51,925 nt of DNA from an uncultured Shimia sp. (GTDB lineage: Bacteria > Pseudomonadota > Alphaproteobacteria > Rhodobacterales > Rhodobacteraceae), in assembly GCA_937881735.1 (NCBI GenBank), contig CALGEH010000220.1, positions 1-51,925 of the forward strand, read 5' to 3'. Shown piece by piece: positions 48,735 through 51,925 of this stretch (positions within the stretch are counted from its first letter, which is position 1; every line of letters starts with the position of its first letter). The position numbers were made by a program, and so were the translations under genes. Under the pieces are notes generated by a model that was not told the DNA's origin, did not search any database, and worked only from the letters and a program-made list of their open reading frames with translations.

Positions 48735-49586
48735 ATGAAACGCCCCAGCGACGCAGAGGCCCGCCGCGCGGTCCCACCGGTGATCTGCTATCCCAACGAG
48801 ACGCTGCCCTTTCCCGATATGGCGCTTTATGCGGCGGCGCGGGCAGGGGCCACAAAGGTCTCTGAAACGCTCGTGCCCGCGCGGGAGGCGGCGTGCTTTC
48901 GCGCCGAGGCGGGGCAGTTCTTTCGCATCTCGTCGGTGGAGGGGCCGCAGGTGGGCGATCTGAACCTTTGGAACGCACAAGACCTTTCCGAGCGGTTCTA
49001 TTCGGGTAAATCCCGCGCGTTGCATGGCACTCATCTGTCGGCGGGGGAGCGGATGTGGTCGTCGTTTCCCACCCTGCGGCCCATGGCGACGATCACGGAA
49101 GACACTCTGGGCTGGTATGGGATCGACGGGTTCGGAGGCTCGGTCCATGATGTGATCGGCACGCGCTGTGATCCCTATACGGGCAATCTTCTCTCGGGCG
49201 CGCAGTATCATCATTGCTGCCATTCCAACCTGACCCGCGCCCTGGCCGACGAGACGGGGCTGAGCCTTGGGGAGGCCGAGGGCCATGTGCATGACGTGCT
49301 CAACGTCTTCATGTGCACCGGGTTTACTCGCGACACGGGGCAGTATTTCATGAAAGCCAGTCCCGTGCGGCCCGGTGACTACCTTGAGTTTTTCGCCGAA
49401 ATCGACCTTCTTGGCGCGCTGAGCGCTTGCCCCGGTGGCGATTGCTCAACCGAGCATTCCAGCGATGTGGCCGCGTGTCATCCGCTTCTGGTGGAGGTCT
49501 TCGCACCCTCGCCCGGCGCCGTGGATGGCTGGCAGAGCCCGGCACCCAACGGATATGACCGCAGCCATGGGCGGGGTGCGCCATGA
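48735..49586 (+). CDS. DUF1989 (urea carboxylase-associated family) protein
   Basis: GPQVGDLNLW, HDVIGTRCD, CCHSNL, HDVLNVFM, SACPGGD; GAGGAG RBS. Confidence 0.85.
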   Translation: MKRPSDAEARRAVPPVICYPNETLPFPDMALYAAARAGATKVSETLVPAREAACFRAEAGQFFRISSVEGPQVGDLNLWNAQDLSERFYSGKSRALHGTHLSAGERMWSSFPTLRPMATITEDTLGWYGIDGFGGSVHDVIGTRCDPYTGNLLSGAQYHHCCHSNLTRALADETGLSLGEAEGHVHDVLNVFMCTGFTRDTGQYFMKASPVRPGDYLEFFAEIDLLGALSACPGGDCSTEHSSDVAACHPLLVEVFAPSPGAVDGWQSPAPNGYDRSHGRGAP

Positions 49587-49954
49587 TCGGATATACGCCG
49601 GGTGATGACGTGGGTGCGCTGGAGGATTGGCCCTTCGACAACGCTCTGAGTGATTACCGAATATTGGACGGCACGCCGCGCGCCTCGGGGCGACTCGATG
49701 CGGGCGGGCCGGGGGAGGCCACGCGGATGGGTATCTGGCGCTGCACGCCGGGGCGGTTCGCGTGCACCGAGCAGGGTGATGAGCTTATGATGATCCTCGC
49801 CGGGCGCTGCTGTCTGATCAATCATACCAGCGGGGAGGAGACTGACCTCGGCTCCGGTGACAGCCTTTTCGTGCGGGATGGATCGCGCGTGACGTGGGAT
49901 ATTTCGGAAGAAATCACCAAAGTGTTCTTCGGACACAAATCCGGCGGCTACTGA
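49583..49954 (+). CDS. Cupin (DUF861/EutQ-like) protein
   Basis: GIWRCTPG, E...ILAG, GDSLF, W.I.....K.F; ATGA overlap with the DUF1989 gene. Confidence 0.82.
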   Translation: MIGYTPGDDVGALEDWPFDNALSDYRILDGTPRASGRLDAGGPGEATRMGIWRCTPGRFACTEQGDELMMILAGRCCLINHTSGEETDLGSGDSLFVRDGSRVTWDISEEITKVFFGHKSGGY

Positions 49955-49974
49955 ATCGCGACGCCCCTACAACG

Positions 49975-50007
49975 CAAAAGGCCCCGGAGATGATCCGGGG
50001 CCTTTTG
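49975..50007. terminator. Bidirectional Rho-independent terminator between the cupin gene and ctaD
   Basis: Perfect inverted repeat CAAAAGGCCCCGGA-gatga-TCCGGGGCCTTTTG. Confidence 0.9.
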
Positions 50008-50022
50008 GTATTTTAGAGCGGC

Positions 50023-51696
50023 TTAGTGTGCCGGGTTCTTGTCCCAGTCTTCGCGCTTGGGCAGCTGCTCGAACGTGTGCTCGGGCGGTGGCGAAGGCAG
50101 GGTCCATTCTAGCGTATCGGCGTATTCGTTCCATGGATTGTTCTCAGTCACCCGTGCGCCGCGGAAGAGGGCATAGATGATGACCACGAAGAAGAACACG
50201 AAGCTGGCGAAGGAGATGAACGCACCGAGCGAAGACCACCAGTTCCAGTAGGCAAACGCCTCGGGGTAGTCGATGTAACGGCGCGGCATGCCCTGACGGC
50301 CCAGGAAGTGCTGCGGGAAGAAGGTCAGGTTCGAGCCAAGGAACATCGCCCAGAAGTGCAGCTTGCCGGCCCATTCGGGGATGTGACGCCCGGACATCTT
50401 GGGGAAGTAGAAATAGATCCCCGCGAAGATGGCGAACACGGCCCCGAGGCTCATCACATAGTGGAAATGCGCCACGACGTAATAGGTGTCATGATAGGCG
50501 CGATCCACGCCGGCCTGCGCAAGCACGATGCCCGTCACGCCGCCCACGGTGAAGAGGAACAGAAACCCGAACGCCCAGAGCATCGGTGTTTTGAACTCGA
50601 TCGAGCCCTGCCACATGGTTGCGATCCAGCTGAACACTTTCACACCCGTGGGCACCGCAATGACCATGGTCGCAAGCATGAAGTAGGATTGCTGCGTCAG
50701 GCTCATCCCCACGGTGTACATGTGGTGCGCCCAGACGACGAAGCCGAGCGCGCCAATGGCGATCAAGGCCCAGACCATCGGCAGATAGCCAAAGATCGGT
50801 TTGCGCGCGAAGGTCGCGATGATGTGACTGATGATGCCGAAGCCCGGCAGAATGATGATATACACTTCCGGGTGGCCGAAGAACCACAGGATGTGCTGAT
50901 AGAGCACTGGATCCCCGCCGCCTGCAGGATCAAAGAAGGTGGTCCCGAAGTTCCGGTCGGTCAAAAGCATCGTAATCGCACCCGCCAGAACCGGCAGAGC
51001 AAGAAGAATGAGCCATGCGGTGACGAAAATGGACCACGAAAAGAGCGGCACCTTGAAGATCGTCATGCCAGGCGCGCGCATGTTCAGGAATGTCGTGATC
51101 ATGTTGATCGCACCGAGGATCGAGCTCGCGCCCGACACGTGGACCGCGAAGATCGCAAGATCCATCGAGATGCCCTGCTCGTTCGTCGAGAGCGGAGGAT
51201 ACATCACCCAGCCCACGCCGGATCCAAGCTGACCACTACCGCCCGGCGCCAGAAGCGAGGCTACACCAAGCGAGGTGCCTGCAACATAAAGCCAGTAGCT
51301 GAGGTTGTTGAGGCGCGGGAAAGCCATATCTGGCGCGCCAATTTGAAGGGGCATGAAGTAGTTACCAAACCCACCGAAAAGGGCCGGAATCACCACGAAG
51401 AACATCATCAGGACGCCGTGATACGTGATCAAAACGTTCCACAAATGGCCGTTTGGCGTACACTCTCCGGCCGCCGCGGCGGTGAAACGTGCGCCTTCGA
51501 GGCACATGTACTGCACACCGGGCTCCATAAGCTCAAGGCGCATGTAGACTGTGAACGCCACCGAGATCAGGCCGACGATCGCCGAAGTGATCAGGTAAAG
51601 AATACCGATGTCTTTGTGGTTCGTGGACATGAACCAGCGCGTGAAGAAGCTGCGCTCGTCTTTGTGATCATGACCATGAATGGCTGCATCTGCCAT
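50023..51696 (-). CDS. ctaD: aa3-type cytochrome c oxidase subunit I (A1 type)
   Basis: [51 protein letters not shown]. Confidence 0.98.
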   Translation of the reverse strand: MADAAIHGHDHKDERSFFTRWFMSTNHKDIGILYLITSAIVGLISVAFTVYMRLELMEPGVQYMCLEGARFTAAAAGECTPNGHLWNVLITYHGVLMMFFVVIPALFGGFGNYFMPLQIGAPDMAFPRLNNLSYWLYVAGTSLGVASLLAPGGSGQLGSGVGWVMYPPLSTNEQGISMDLAIFAVHVSGASSILGAINMITTFLNMRAPGMTIFKVPLFSWSIFVTAWLILLALPVLAGAITMLLTDRNFGTTFFDPAGGGDPVLYQHILWFFGHPEVYIIILPGFGIISHIIATFARKPIFGYLPMVWALIAIGALGFVVWAHHMYTVGMSLTQQSYFMLATMVIAVPTGVKVFSWIATMWQGSIEFKTPMLWAFGFLFLFTVGGVTGIVLAQAGVDRAYHDTYYVVAHFHYVMSLGAVFAIFAGIYFYFPKMSGRHIPEWAGKLHFWAMFLGSNLTFFPQHFLGRQGMPRRYIDYPEAFAYWNWWSSLGAFISFASFVFFFVVIIYALFRGARVTENNPWNEYADTLEWTLPSPPPEHTFEQLPKREDWDKNPAH

Positions 51697-51925
51697 TAGG
51701 TGCCTCCTAAATTTTCAGTCCTGAGGCCGTGCATGGCCCCCTTGGCAGGAGGACGGCGACCTGTTTCCCCTCTTGTTCTAGTGCGCCAATGCATGCTGAG
51801 CAATGGTTCAAAGGCTTCGGCACAAGAAAAATTTGTCGCAGCATCTTGAAACTACATCAGGGTACCTCTGTAAATTGCGCGGATCTTTGCGCTGCGGTAT
51901 GATTGAGCATTGAACCGGCACAGGG

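Noticed and set aside
51846-51860. Possible FNR box upstream of ctaD (TTGAA-ACTAC-ATCAG)
   Set aside because: Spacer is 5 rather than 4 and both half-sites have mismatches.

Overview
Core-genome chromosomal segment of a GC-rich alphaproteobacterium. Gene content and order point to Rhodobacterales, most likely the Roseobacter group (inference). From left to right it holds: the ethylmalonyl-CoA pathway genes ecm (runs off the left edge) and ccr with an acyltransferase between them; a small ORF overlapping an AHL-type luxR; a class IV aminotransferase, trpS, a rhomboid-like gene, murJ, glnD, an LppC-type lipoprotein, rsmI, yraN, gshB, an esterase, comM, a GST, cobC-like and cobU genes, rpoH2, a ChaN-family gene, coaBC, dut, moeB and dcp; usp, nfuA, tsaB, rimI, TauE/SafE plus TIGR02186, an SDR, a RecD-like helicase and luxI; pmm, kdsA, kpsE and kpsT; GFA, UDG and SseB genes; ghrA, rodA, mrdA, mreD, mreC, mreB; a small Cys-rich ORF, a DUF1989 gene and a cupin; and ctaD. 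I found no rRNA, tRNA, CRISPR array, transposase or prophage gene. The most notable feature is a quorum-sensing pair that appears split: luxR sits beside ccr, while luxI and its usual helicase neighbour lie about 28 kb away in inverted orientation. CtrA-like boxes occur before the small ORF/luxR and comM, with a weaker one before luxI. Other readable sites are an Irr/ICE box before nfuA, a sigmaE-type promoter before rpoH2, and a motif shared upstream of ecm and ccr. All family calls come from recognising motifs by eye, not from database searches. No clearly novel multi-gene system could be established.
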